DNA of 64,000 nucleotides, from NCBI GenBank assembly GCA_963662465.1, contig OY759599.1, forward strand, positions 5,760,001-5,824,000, read 5' to 3'. The notes under the pieces were generated by a model, which saw nothing but the letters and a program-made list of their open reading frames with translations, was not told where the DNA came from and did no database searches. Every line of letters begins with the position of its first letter. Position 1 is the first letter of the stretch. Both the position numbers and the translations under genes were made by a program. The stretch comes from Desulfatiglandales bacterium. GTDB taxonomy: Bacteria > Desulfobacterota > DSM-4660 > Desulfatiglandales > Desulfatiglandaceae. Of the stretch, positions 24,133 to 34,453 are shown piece after piece.

Positions 24133-26496
24133 ATGGGAATTGCCATGAAAAAGTCGACCGGCGCAATGGATATACTGGATGGGTGCATCAAAAGAAAGAA
24201 CGAGCAGACGCCTATTCTTTTTGAGGAATTTTTAGCCCTTATGCTGGAAAGCCCCGGGGTTGTTCTTCGGAATATATTTCAGGTGTTTCATGATATGGTG
24301 AAAGCCTACGTTGTTGAAGGAAAGGATGAATATGGCGAAGATCCGGAATCCATCCGTTTCTTGAACATCGATTGCAGCGGACTTTTTGTGGAAGGCGCCG
24401 ATTCGCCTTTTTTTGCGGATAGACTCTTTGCCAACCGGCTGATCAAACTGGTGGAGGCCTTGAGACGCGGCACCCAACAGAATAAGATCTATATCTTTGA
24501 TGGGCCGCCCGGGTGCGGCAAGAGTACCTTTTTAAATAATCTTCTACAAAAATTTCAGGAATACGCCAATGGAAAAGCAGGGATGCGGTTTGAGACGGTT
24601 TGGCGCCTGGACAGAAAGATATTGGGTGAATTTTCCACCGAGATCCGGAATCCTTTGTTGAAAAAACTGGAACATCTGTTGAATGTTTCTCCTGGAGAGG
24701 AGGGCCTCATAACGACAGAAGAGGGGGAATGCGGTTCAAGAGAAGACAACGAAATTTTGGAAGAGGACCTGGGTGTAAAAAGGTCTATGAAGCGTTATCT
24801 TGAAATCCCATGCCCTTGCCACGACCACCCCATTTTAATGATTCCAAAGGAATCCCGGTCAATTTTTCTGGAGCAATTGTTTAAAGAAAGCCCTTTTTTA
24901 GAGAAACTGTTTCGAGAGAAAGAATACCAGTGGATATTTACGGACAGTGCCTGCACGATTTGCGGTTCCCTGTTTGAAATACTTCTGGAGCGGTTGAAAA
25001 ACCCACTGGATGTCTTCAGAATGATTTACGCCAGGCCCTACCGGGTTAATCGTCGGTTGGGGGAAGGCGTCAGTGTTTTTACGCCCGGGGATGAGCCCAT
25101 GCGTAGCCGCGCTTTAAGCAACCGTAATTTACAGATGCGCATCAATGCCTTGTTTGGGGACCAGCAGCTCATGAAATATGTTTTTTCACGATATGCCAAG
25201 ACCAACAACGGGATTTATGCGTTGATGGATGTTAAAAATAATAATGTGAAAAGACTCATCAGACTGCATAACATCATCAGTGAAGGGGTGCATAAAGTTG
25301 AAGATTTAGAGGAAAATATTTATTCTCTTTTTCTCGCGGTCATGAACCCGGAAGATAAAAAAGAGGTCAAGGACATTCAATCCCTTTCAGACCGGATTGA
25401 ATATATCAATATTACCTATGTGATGGATTGGCGTACCGAGGTTGAGATTTATCGAGCGGTATTCGGCGGTGGCATTATCAAGAATTTTTTACCCAGGGTA
25501 CTCAATAATTTTGCCAGGGTGATCATTTCGGCCCGTTTAAACGTCAAATCGGATGCACTACTGGAGTGGATTGGTGATCCGGCCAGGTATAGTGCCTATT
25601 GCGACAAAAATCTGCAATTGCTGAAAATGGAGCTTTATGCGGGAAATATTCCCTCATGGCTTTCCGAGGAGGATCGCAAGGAATTTACGGCCAAAAGACG
25701 ACGAAAGGTCATATCCGAGTCGGAGATGGAAGGTCGAAACGGGTTTTCAGGGAGGGATTCCATCAAGATTTTTAATGAGTTTTATTCTACCTATGCCAAA
25801 GAGGATAAGTTGATCAATATGAATATGTTGGTCAATTATTTTAAAAAAATCAGAATTGATCTGGGATCTTCCATACCCGATGGATTTTTGGATGCGCTCG
25901 TGCACATGTATGATTATACGGTTTTGGAGGAGGTTAAGGAATCTCTGTATTATTACAATGAAGAAAAGATTTCGAATCAGATTCAGAATTATCTTTTTTC
26001 GCTGAACTTTGAAATCGGTACGGTTGAGGTGTGTAAATTTACCAATGAAAAAATCGAGATATCGGAAGAATTCTTGAAGGGGATTGAACGATACTTGTTG
26101 GACGGCAATGTTACGGATGAAAAGCGAAAATCTTTTCGAAAGGGGACCCAACGGGAATATACTTCCCGAACTTTAACTTTTGAGATGATGGTTGAAGGCA
26201 AAGGCCTACCGGAGACAACCCTTTATCACACTTTGCAGGATCGGTACGTACATAATCTGAAAGAACGGGTTTTGGACCCATTTCAGGCCAATGAGAATTT
26301 CAGGCGGGCCATCAAAGATTATGGTGAGGAAGATTTTAAGGCTTATGAGAAAAAAATCAGGGATGATGTAAGTTATCTTATTAAAAATCTGGGAGAAAAA
26401 TACGGGTATACGGAAAAGGGCGCGAAAGAAGTCTGTATTTACGTGGTGGATGGTAAACTGACTGAAAAATTTTCCGAGAAATATAGTTTCAAATAG
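24133..26496 (+). CDS. Second PrkA-family AAA+ protein
   Basis: Walker A GPPGCGKST, PCHDHP, EG..GFSGR, C-terminal YGY...GAKE. The Walker B position reads IYALMDV. Confidence 0.82.
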   Translation: MGIAMKKSTGAMDILDGCIKRKNEQTPILFEEFLALMLESPGVVLRNIFQVFHDMVKAYVVEGKDEYGEDPESIRFLNIDCSGLFVEGADSPFFADRLFANRLIKLVEALRRGTQQNKIYIFDGPPGCGKSTFLNNLLQKFQEYANGKAGMRFETVWRLDRKILGEFSTEIRNPLLKKLEHLLNVSPGEEGLITTEEGECGSREDNEILEEDLGVKRSMKRYLEIPCPCHDHPILMIPKESRSIFLEQLFKESPFLEKLFREKEYQWIFTDSACTICGSLFEILLERLKNPLDVFRMIYARPYRVNRRLGEGVSVFTPGDEPMRSRALSNRNLQMRINALFGDQQLMKYVFSRYAKTNNGIYALMDVKNNNVKRLIRLHNIISEGVHKVEDLEENIYSLFLAVMNPEDKKEVKDIQSLSDRIEYINITYVMDWRTEVEIYRAVFGGGIIKNFLPRVLNNFARVIISARLNVKSDALLEWIGDPARYSAYCDKNLQLLKMELYAGNIPSWLSEEDRKEFTAKRRRKVISESEMEGRNGFSGRDSIKIFNEFYSTYAKEDKLINMNMLVNYFKKIRIDLGSSIPDGFLDALVHMYDYTVLEEVKESLYYYNEEKISNQIQNYLFSLNFEIGTVEVCKFTNEKIEISEEFLKGIERYLLDGNVTDEKRKSFRKGTQREYTSRTLTFEMMVEGKGLPETTLYHTLQDRYVHNLKERVLDPFQANENFRRAIKDYGEEDFKAYEKKIRDDVSYLIKNLGEKYGYTEKGAKEVCIYVVDGKLTEKFSEKYSFK

Positions 26497-26517
26497 CGGT
26501 TCACAGTTTAAAAAATG

Positions 26518-26758
26518 GTAACCGTTCACGGTTCACGGTTACCGGTTTACGGTTGAAAAACAGAGGATAACGGAAGATTATGGGGTCCTCTTGTGAAGAT
26601 TTAAAAAATTGCGGTTATCAATCCCAACATAATTCCGCATCCTTCATTAAAATTGAAAAACGATTCATCAAGAAAGTGTAAATCTGTATGAAGGAAACCC
26701 ATAATTCATTGAAAAACCGTGAACCGGCAACTGTAAACCGGTAACCGTGAACGGTTAC
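26518..26758. mobile_element. Heptamer inverted-repeat element, family A, long form (241 bp)
   Basis: Terminal IR GTAACCGTTCAC...GTGAACGGTTAC; arms are CGGTTNN heptamers. The 50 bp right arm (26709-26758) is identical to 34352-34401. Confidence 0.75.
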
Positions 26759-26764
26759 AAAAAA

Positions 26765-26780
26765 TGTTTCACGTGAAACA
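26765..26780. promoter_or_regulatory. parS: parS centromere site
   Basis: Perfect TGTTTCACGTGAAACA palindrome, ~17 kb from dnaA; parAB are in the same window. Confidence 0.9.
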
Positions 26781-26818
26781 TTGAAATTCCTTTATCAGTA
26801 TTTTTCAGGGGTGTTTTT

Positions 26819-27994
26819 GTGAAGAATTCTTTTCCCAGGATTGAGACAAAGGATTGGATGAAATCCATGGATGCCCTTCCCGTTGCCGTTTTTGCGGTAA
26901 ACAAGATGGCGTGTCCTGTTTACCTCAATCATAAAGCCCATGCTTTACTTTTAGAACCCCTTGATGCATCCAGTCCCCGGTTGTATGAACAAGATCTTCT
27001 GGATCTCTTGAATGTCAAAACTGCTGAATCAAACCGCCCTTATCCCCCGGATCGCTTTCCTATTCTTTCCGCGCTACGTGGTGAAAACGCCTCCGTCGAT
27101 GATATTGCCCTTCAACGGGGGGGCGATACGCGATACTTCCAGGTTTCGGCGGCCCCCATTTTTGACGATGATGGAAAACCTGCTTTTGCCGTTGCCACAT
27201 TTATGGATATCAGTGCCCGCAAAAAAATAGAAACCCAGCTGAAATGGCGGAATCTGGAGCTGGAATCTCTTTTTGATCAGGTATCCAGGGGAAAAGAAGA
27301 ATTACGGATACTTTCCAAACGATTGCTGACCGTACAGGAGGAAGAACGCCGCCATATCTCCAGGGAACTCCACGATGAAATCGGCCAGGCCTTGACCATA
27401 CTCAAAATAAAACTTCAAACCTTGCCCAATTCGCAAACCGACGTTCACGGAGCGCTGATTCTATCCCCCGAAAATGTGCAAGAGATGGTACGCTCCATTG
27501 ACGACACCCTTCAGCAGGTCCGCAACCTCTCCGTTGACCTCCGCCCATCGGTGCTGGATGACCTGGGATTGCCGGCGGCCCTTCGATGGTATGTGGACCG
27601 CCAGGCGCAGCTCTCCGGGATCGAAATAAAATTTCAATCCCTATCGAATATTGACCGAATCGCTTCGGAAATTGAAACCGCCTGTTTTCGCCTAGTTCAA
27701 GAGGCCATTACCAATATCATTCGCCATTCCGGGGCAACCGGGGCCAGGGTGCTGCTTGAACGGGACCAAACAGGCATCCATCTGCGGATAGTGGATGACG
27801 GCCGCGGGTTCGATGTTTCAAAAGCCTATGAAGAGGCCAGACTGGGCCGTAGTTCCGGCATTTTGGGTATGAAGGAGCGGGTGCATCTGTTGGAAGGCAA
27901 AATTGAGATTTTGGCCAATTCAGGGAAGGGCGTTCAAATTCAAGCATTTTTTCCTTTTCCATCCCCTGAAAATAACAACAGAGCCGCCAAATGA
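26819..27994 (+). CDS. Cytoplasmic PAS + NarX/UhpB-type (HisKA_3) histidine kinase
   Basis: N-terminal PAS; QEEERRHISRELHDEIGQ H-box, QEAITNIIRHS, DDGRGF, GMKER. Confidence 0.92.
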   Translation: MKNSFPRIETKDWMKSMDALPVAVFAVNKMACPVYLNHKAHALLLEPLDASSPRLYEQDLLDLLNVKTAESNRPYPPDRFPILSALRGENASVDDIALQRGGDTRYFQVSAAPIFDDDGKPAFAVATFMDISARKKIETQLKWRNLELESLFDQVSRGKEELRILSKRLLTVQEEERRHISRELHDEIGQALTILKIKLQTLPNSQTDVHGALILSPENVQEMVRSIDDTLQQVRNLSVDLRPSVLDDLGLPAALRWYVDRQAQLSGIEIKFQSLSNIDRIASEIETACFRLVQEAITNIIRHSGATGARVLLERDQTGIHLRIVDDGRGFDVSKAYEEARLGRSSGILGMKERVHLLEGKIEILANSGKGVQIQAFFPFPSPENNNRAAK

Positions 27995-28647
27995 GAAAAA
28001 ATTTGCGCATATTGCTGGCCGAAGACCACGCCCTGGTTCGTGCGGGTTTTCGAGTACTGCTCCAATCTCTGGACGGCATACAGGTGGTGGCGGAAGCTGA
28101 AAACGGCGCCGAAGCCCTTGAACTCATAGATCGTCACCGCCCGGACGTCGTACTCATGGATATTGCCATGCCGGGCCTCAATGGCCTGGAAGCAGCATCT
28201 CGTGCGGCTAAAATTGCCCCCGAGGTCAAAATTATTATTCTGTCCATGCATGCCAACGAAGAGTATGTCCTTCAGTCCCTTAAAGCAGGGGCGAAAGGCT
28301 ATCTTCTCAAGGATGCGGGCCTGTCGGAACTGGAATTGGCCCTGGAAGCCGTCGCTTCGGGAAAAACATTTCTGAGCCCGGCCATTTCCAAACACCTCAT
28401 CGACGCCTATGTTGGAAGAACCTCACCGTCCCATGAAATGGAACCGTTTTCCCTGCTCACCTCCAGGCAACGGGAAATTCTTCAGCTCATCGCCGAAGGA
28501 TGCACCACCAAGGAGATTGCCCGGAAACTCGATGTGGGCGTCAAAACCGTGGAAACCCACCGTACCCAACTCATGCAGCGTCTGGATATTCATGATTTAG
28601 CGGGGCTTGTCCGCTATGCCATTCGCTGTGGGTTGGCGATACCGTGA
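27991..28647 (+). CDS. NarL/LuxR-family response regulator
   Basis: REC domain (EDH, MDIAMP) plus LTSRQREIL...KTVETHR LuxR HTH. Confidence 0.93.
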   Translation: MRKNLRILLAEDHALVRAGFRVLLQSLDGIQVVAEAENGAEALELIDRHRPDVVLMDIAMPGLNGLEAASRAAKIAPEVKIIILSMHANEEYVLQSLKAGAKGYLLKDAGLSELELALEAVASGKTFLSPAISKHLIDAYVGRTSPSHEMEPFSLLTSRQREILQLIAEGCTTKEIARKLDVGVKTVETHRTQLMQRLDIHDLAGLVRYAIRCGLAIP

Positions 28648-28786
28648 GATATCCTATAGAACAGGTTCTGTTTCTTTATTTCTAAGGGTATCTATTTTCA
28701 ATTCTAGGGGTTTCACCCGATTTTAATCCTTCCCCTTATACGTCATAATGACCCTCAAAGCAGTCCAAAGGAAATAAAAGAGAAAA

Positions 28787-29581
28787 ATGATCAAATCATC
28801 ATTTGATATGCAATTAAAGGTCCTACTGGTCGACGATAACCCGCAGTTTCTCGCTGCCGCACAGCGTTTGCTGTCCAATGATCCGGACATCCGTATCGTG
28901 GGAAAGGCGTCATCAGGAGAACAAGCCCTTAAGATGTTAGACGAACAGCGTCCCGATCTGGTGTTGCTGGATATTGCCATGCCGGGACTTAACGGTCTCG
29001 AGACGGCTCAAAAAATCAAAGAAGGGCCGACCGTACCCAAAATTATCATTCTCACCCTTTACGAAAATGCCGAATACCGTGAGGTTGCGAAAACCCTTCA
29101 CGTGGATGGCTTTATCTCCAAAACAGATTTCGGAACAAAGCTTTACCCCCTTGTTCAGAAATTTAAATTGGAAAAACAGGCCTACGGCCGAAACAAGGAG
29201 AAGAGCATGAAAACGATCCTGCTCGTAGATGATTCATCTACCATGCGCCGAATGGTCAAAGCCTCTTTACAAAGCATACCCCAGACGGACTTCATAGAGG
29301 CGGCCAACGGCCTGGAGGCCATTGAAAAGGTAGCCATTGAATCCGTGAGCCTGATGGTCCTGGATCTCAATATGCCCGATATGCATGGATTGGAGGTCCT
29401 TAAATTTTTGAGGGGCCATGAAAGATATCAATCCCTGCCCGTCATTGTGTTGACCACCCGCGGGGATGAAATAAGCCGTGAGGCAGCCCTGGCAGCCGGC
29501 GCTACCCTGTATTGGACCAAACCCTTTAATCCCGGTGAATTCAACGCCCGGGTGAGGCAACTCCTGGGAGGTCTGAAATGA
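28787..29581 (+). CDS. Tandem receiver protein (NarL-like REC + CheY-like REC)
   Basis: Two complete REC domains (VDD...DIAMP and VDD...DLNMP...KPF). An internal AAGGAG RBS precedes in-frame ATG 29207. Confidence 0.85.
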   Translation: MIKSSFDMQLKVLLVDDNPQFLAAAQRLLSNDPDIRIVGKASSGEQALKMLDEQRPDLVLLDIAMPGLNGLETAQKIKEGPTVPKIIILTLYENAEYREVAKTLHVDGFISKTDFGTKLYPLVQKFKLEKQAYGRNKEKSMKTILLVDDSSTMRRMVKASLQSIPQTDFIEAANGLEAIEKVAIESVSLMVLDLNMPDMHGLEVLKFLRGHERYQSLPVIVLTTRGDEISREAALAAGATLYWTKPFNPGEFNARVRQLLGGLK

Positions 29582-31635
29582 CGGATACCAACGGGAATTT
29601 TCCTTTTGAAGCATTTCTCGACGATTATTATGCCGAGGCCGACGAACACCTGACCCTGATTCGCCAAACCCTCATGTCGGTTGAGTCTCACCTGCAGGAA
29701 ACGGCAATGACGCCTGAAAAGCCAATGGCGCCGGCCCTGATCAACGATCTTTTTCGCAGTTTTCATACCCTCAAGGGTCTTTCCGCAATGGTCGGTTTGA
29801 AAACCGCAGAAACCATCGCACACCATGTGGAAAATTTTCTACGAATCCTTTCCCAGGAAAAAATTCCCCTCACCCGTGAAAATCTGAGTACCCTGGTCCA
29901 GGGCACCCGAATGCTGGAAACCGTTATTGCCGCAAAACGCGAAGGAACAGCATTGCCCAATATGGAGGCATCCATTGAAAATCTTCGGGAACAACTGCCC
30001 CTGAAATCCATCGATCCCAAAAAAGACCCTGGAACCGGCATTGAAACCCACGAAACCCTGCCGAAAACGGAACACCAGCAGGAATCCCAGGAAGAAAAAC
30101 CCCTCTGGCGCTTTACCTTTTTTCCCACCCAGGAGTTGTCCAAAAAGGGGATTGACGTCAACCATATTCGCGACCGCATTGAAAAAAACGGTCGCCTCAT
30201 TCAGGCAACCCCTCAGATCGCCGTCGATGGAAAAGTCTTTTTTGAATTCCTCGTTGCGACGGATCAGGATTCATCAGCTTTTGAACCCTGGACAAAGGAA
30301 GGCGTAAGGTTTGAACCCTATGAAAACCCCACGAAACCTGAAAGATCAGAAACCGGAAAAGTCGCACTGTCTTTACCGGGAGATACGGAAAAACCCAATG
30401 CCACCGAGGAAACGTTCCCTGAATCGATTTCCGTGGGTCCCTCCAACGTGGTTCGGGTACATCTCAACCACCTGGATGCCATCATGCAACGGGTGGGAGA
30501 CCTGGTGATCAGTCGCTCCCGACTGGAAAACGGAATTCGAGCGCTGGAAAACCGTCTTCCCGGAATGGAATACAACCTGCTTCAGGAAACTCACCTGGCC
30601 ATGGAAAGGCAACTTCGGGATCTGCGGGAGGGGATCATGCGGCTCAGGCTGGTTCCCGTGTCCGATATTTTTACCCGTATGCAGTTTGTCATCCATGATC
30701 TGGCCCCGAAATATGAGAAAAAAGTTCACTTGGAAATGGTGGGTAAAGACACGGAAATTGATAAATTTGTGGTGGAGCGTATGATGGATCCACTGCTGCA
30801 CCTGGTGCGAAACGCCATCACTCACGGGCTGGAACCGGAGACGGAAAGAATTCAAAAGGGGAAATCCCCCCAGGGAAAAATCACCCTGCGTGCGTCCACT
30901 GAGGGTGATGCGGTCTTGGTGGAGGTTGCGGATGACGGCCGAGGCATAGACTTAGATGCGGTGGGAAAGCGGGCCATGGAACTGGGACTTCAGGAAACAG
31001 CCGCGGCGCCCGACATGCAGCACCTGTTGCGTCATATTTGTTCCCCAGGCTTTTCCACCCAACAGGAGGCGGATCTGGGCAGTGGCAGGGGCGTCGGCAT
31101 GGCCGTGGTATTTAAGGCGGTTCAGGATCTGGGTGGTTTTTTGAGCGTACAGACAACCGCAAATCACGGGACCCGGTTCCGTATTCGCCTGCCCCTTACC
31201 CTGGCAATTGTGGATGCTCTGATTGTCAAAAGTGCTGACCAGATTTTCGCCGTACCCCAGCCATCCATTCGCGAAGTGGTGGAACTTAATCCGGGGAAAG
31301 TGACGGAGATGGAAAACAATGAGTTACTTCCCCATCGTGGGGGGGTCATTCCCCTGTTGCGGCTTTCAAGCCTGTTTGGTTTACCCACCATGGCGGAAAA
31401 TGAGCGAGTGGTTCTGGTGGTGGGGGAAGGAACGGAAATGATGGGCATTGCGGTGGATCGTGTTTTGAGCAAGCGGGAGATTGTTGTGCGGGCCCTGGAT
31501 GATCCATTGGTCATGGTTCCCGGTATTGTGGGGGCAACGGAGCTGGGGGACGGCCGAGCCGTCATGATCCTGGATACCGTCGGACTGGTTTACGGGTCCT
31601 CCGGAACTTCATCCATAACCCCATTGAAGCAGTAA
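29578..31635 (+). CDS. cheA: Chemotaxis histidine kinase CheA
   Basis: Hpt FRSFHTLKG, DPLLHLVRNAITHG, DDGRG, SGRGVGM, LPLTLAI and C-terminal CheW domain; no REC domain. Confidence 0.96.
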   Translation: MTDTNGNFPFEAFLDDYYAEADEHLTLIRQTLMSVESHLQETAMTPEKPMAPALINDLFRSFHTLKGLSAMVGLKTAETIAHHVENFLRILSQEKIPLTRENLSTLVQGTRMLETVIAAKREGTALPNMEASIENLREQLPLKSIDPKKDPGTGIETHETLPKTEHQQESQEEKPLWRFTFFPTQELSKKGIDVNHIRDRIEKNGRLIQATPQIAVDGKVFFEFLVATDQDSSAFEPWTKEGVRFEPYENPTKPERSETGKVALSLPGDTEKPNATEETFPESISVGPSNVVRVHLNHLDAIMQRVGDLVISRSRLENGIRALENRLPGMEYNLLQETHLAMERQLRDLREGIMRLRLVPVSDIFTRMQFVIHDLAPKYEKKVHLEMVGKDTEIDKFVVERMMDPLLHLVRNAITHGLEPETERIQKGKSPQGKITLRASTEGDAVLVEVADDGRGIDLDAVGKRAMELGLQETAAAPDMQHLLRHICSPGFSTQQEADLGSGRGVGMAVVFKAVQDLGGFLSVQTTANHGTRFRIRLPLTLAIVDALIVKSADQIFAVPQPSIREVVELNPGKVTEMENNELLPHRGGVIPLLRLSSLFGLPTMAENERVVLVVGEGTEMMGIAVDRVLSKREIVVRALDDPLVMVPGIVGATELGDGRAVMILDTVGLVYGSSGTSSITPLKQ

Positions 31636-31675
31636 AACCGCTAATGAAATGCCAGGTTACAAGGAGGTGAAGCCC

Positions 31676-32203
31676 ATGTCGGATTCACAAGAAAACAGAG
31701 AGCCATACATCCTGTTCCAGCTCAAAAAAACCACCTATGCCATTCCCAGTCGGCTGGTGGAACAGATGGAGATGGTGGAAGAATTTACGCCGGTTCCCAA
31801 TTCGCCCCCCTATGTGGAAGGTCTCGCATTTGTTCGCGGTCGGGTTATTCCCGCCATCAATCTGCGGGTGCGTTTTGGATTTCCCAAGATTGCCTATGAC
31901 CTGGCCACGCGCCTGGTGGTGGTTCGATCGGGCCAGCGAAGCGTTGGACTGATTGTGGATGCGGCCCGGGAATTTCTATCCATTGGAGAGGACGTCATAC
32001 AGCCTCCCCCAAAAGGGATGTCCGGACTCAGTGGTCAGTACCTCAAAGGGGTGGCCACGCTGGCCCAAAGGCTGGTCTTGATCCTTGATGTGGATGAAAT
32101 CATCAGTATGGCGCCCAATCGGGTTTTTTCCGCTCCATCGGTCACTGAAAACCCCAATGAAAATTATAGTAACGAAACCCGAGGCGGTGCCGCAATATCG
32201 TAA
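31676..32203 (+). CDS. cheW: CheW adaptor
   Basis: TPVPNSPPYVEG...RGRVIP...GLIVD. Start ATG 31676 behind AAGGAGG. Confidence 0.93.
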   Translation: MSDSQENREPYILFQLKKTTYAIPSRLVEQMEMVEEFTPVPNSPPYVEGLAFVRGRVIPAINLRVRFGFPKIAYDLATRLVVVRSGQRSVGLIVDAAREFLSIGEDVIQPPPKGMSGLSGQYLKGVATLAQRLVLILDVDEIISMAPNRVFSAPSVTENPNENYSNETRGGAAIS

Positions 32204-32239
32204 TTACGTTCCAATTTTGATAACCGGGAGGAAAAAATC

Positions 32240-34303
32240 ATGAACTCAGACTTACCCACGAACAGACCAGACCACACCGCGGATATTCAATCGGTTCTTA
32301 AACAGGTCGGCGAGGTGACCCTTGAAGCCAATGAGTTGAACCGAATTGCCGACCAGCTTTCTGAAGGCGTGGAGTCCCAGACCACAAACCTCAACGACGC
32401 CGCCGGGGGTATTACAGAAATGGCGGCTTCCTTGAAGGAAACCGCAATCCAATCGGAATCCATCAGCGTATCGACGGAAAATCTGGTTTCCGCCAACAAT
32501 GAAATGGCCACCTCCATTCAGCAGATTACGGAGAACACCGTTAACCTGGCATCCACCATCAACGAGAGCGGTGCTTCCATCGAGGAGATGGCGGGATCCA
32601 TTCAAAGCGTTTCGGAAACATCCCAAGAGATGGCAACATCCTCCACCGAAGTCACGGGCGCCATCAATGAAATGGCGGCTTCCGTCAAGGGGGTTCAGAA
32701 AAACACCGAAGACCTGGCTGCCTCCGTGGAGGAGACGGCTGCCTCCATCGAAGAAATGGCCGCCAGTATTAAAGGCGTTGCGGAAAATGCCGATGATCTG
32801 GCCAGTGCGGCCCAGGAAACGGCGAGTTCCATCAATGAGACGGCCGCCTCCATTGAACAGGTCTCCGCTATATCCGAGAATCTGGCCACCCTGGTGGAAG
32901 AAAACGGCAGCAGTCTTCAGGAAATGGGCCGTTCCATTGAGGGGGTGGCGGCCAGTTCCGCCAGAATTGATGGGTCAGCAGCCGCTGCTGCTACCAGTGC
33001 CACCCAATTAGACCGTTCCATTCGCTCCGTGGCCGCCATGGTTGCCAAAGCGGACGAAACGTCTAAAAAGGTCGCAAAAGATGCCCGGGAAGGGGGGCTT
33101 ACCCTGCAAAAATCCATTGACGGCATGTTAAATATTCGAGAATCCATGGTGGAGTCTACCACAGTCATTCGAGAACTGGGAAAAAGTTCCGGTGAGATCA
33201 CCAGCATCGTAGATACCATCAACCTTATTGCGGAAAGGACCAACCTGCTTTCCTTAAACGCTTCCATTGAAGCAGCGCGGGCTGGAGACGCAGGCCGTGG
33301 TTTTGCGGTGGTGGCTGAGGAGATTCGCAATCTGGCCGATCGTTCAGCAAAAGCGACATCTGATATCTCAAGCATTATTAAAAATTTACAAAATGTGACC
33401 CAGGATGCGGTGCGAAAGTCGGACGAGGGGATGCGGGTGGTGGAAGACTCCAGCCGGCTGGCTGAAAATGGCGCCGATGGACTCCGGCAGATACTGGCGG
33501 GTGTGGATGAAACCGTTCAAATGCTGGGGCAGATTTCCCGTGCCACCCAGGAACAGATGGAGGCAGGGCAAAATGCGGCAGGCGCCATCAATGACACGGC
33601 GACCCAGATCAAAGAGGTGTCTCGGGCCACTTCCGAACAGGCAAAATCGGCCCAGGAAATTGTGCAGTCCAATTCGCAGATGCAGAAAATCGCCCGCCAG
33701 CTCAAGGACGCCATGGGAGAGCAGAGCCGGGCCGCAAGAGAGATCATCAAGGCATCGGAAAGTACCAATAAATTATCCGCCCAGGTCAAGCAGGCTACAT
33801 CGGAACAGGTCAGATGGTCCGGCGATATTACAAAGGCGGTGGCGGTTATGCGAAAAGGGGCAATGAGTACGGCCCAGGCGGTTGCGGAACAGGCCAATGC
33901 CGCAGAACAGATTTTAAAAGAGAGTGAAGCGCTGACGCGGATGATCAGCTCCGTCAGTAAAGCCATGAGTGAGCAGGCCAAGGGCGCCATTGATATTACC
34001 AGGGCCGTTGAAAGCATGAGCAAGCAGGCGGATCAAGCGGCAAAAGCCATGAGTGAGCAGGCCAAAGCCGGTCAAGATATATACGAAGGCGGCCGGAATA
34101 CCGCCAAACAGATTGCCCTCATTACCCGGGCAAACCGCGAGCATTCCGGCGCATCGGAGATGATTGTGAGCCGACTCAATGAAATTCAAAAAATCAGCGA
34201 ACGTAACAGCCTGGGCGTCAAGGAAACCCGGCGGGCTGCTTCACGGTTGCTGCAATTGGCCACAACGGTGGAAAAGGCCTTGGAAAATGTGAGAGAAATA
34301 TGA
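32240..34303 (+). CDS. Cytoplasmic methyl-accepting chemotaxis protein, no TM or sensor domain
   Basis: [37 protein letters not shown] hairpin tip; 28-aa repeats on both arms; no hydrophobic segment. Confidence 0.93.
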   Translation: MNSDLPTNRPDHTADIQSVLKQVGEVTLEANELNRIADQLSEGVESQTTNLNDAAGGITEMAASLKETAIQSESISVSTENLVSANNEMATSIQQITENTVNLASTINESGASIEEMAGSIQSVSETSQEMATSSTEVTGAINEMAASVKGVQKNTEDLAASVEETAASIEEMAASIKGVAENADDLASAAQETASSINETAASIEQVSAISENLATLVEENGSSLQEMGRSIEGVAASSARIDGSAAAAATSATQLDRSIRSVAAMVAKADETSKKVAKDAREGGLTLQKSIDGMLNIRESMVESTTVIRELGKSSGEITSIVDTINLIAERTNLLSLNASIEAARAGDAGRGFAVVAEEIRNLADRSAKATSDISSIIKNLQNVTQDAVRKSDEGMRVVEDSSRLAENGADGLRQILAGVDETVQMLGQISRATQEQMEAGQNAAGAINDTATQIKEVSRATSEQAKSAQEIVQSNSQMQKIARQLKDAMGEQSRAAREIIKASESTNKLSAQVKQATSEQVRWSGDITKAVAVMRKGAMSTAQAVAEQANAAEQILKESEALTRMISSVSKAMSEQAKGAIDITRAVESMSKQADQAAKAMSEQAKAGQDIYEGGRNTAKQIALITRANREHSGASEMIVSRLNEIQKISERNSLGVKETRRAASRLLQLATTVEKALENVREI

Positions 34304-34316
34304 GATAATGAATTTT

Positions 34317-34401
34317 GTAACCGTTCACGGTTTACGGTTGCCGGTTTACGGTTGAAAAACCGTGAACCGGCAACTGTAAACCGGTAACCGTGAACGGTTA
34401 C
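34317..34401. mobile_element. Heptamer inverted-repeat element, family A, 'empty' form (85 bp)
   Basis: GTAACCGTTCAC...TTGAAAAAC...GTGAACGGTTAC; forms a long hairpin. Confidence 0.75.
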
Positions 34402-34453
34402 GTTTTTTCCAACAGGGTTTCACTGGATAGGACACTAAAATAAAAGCAGGCCT

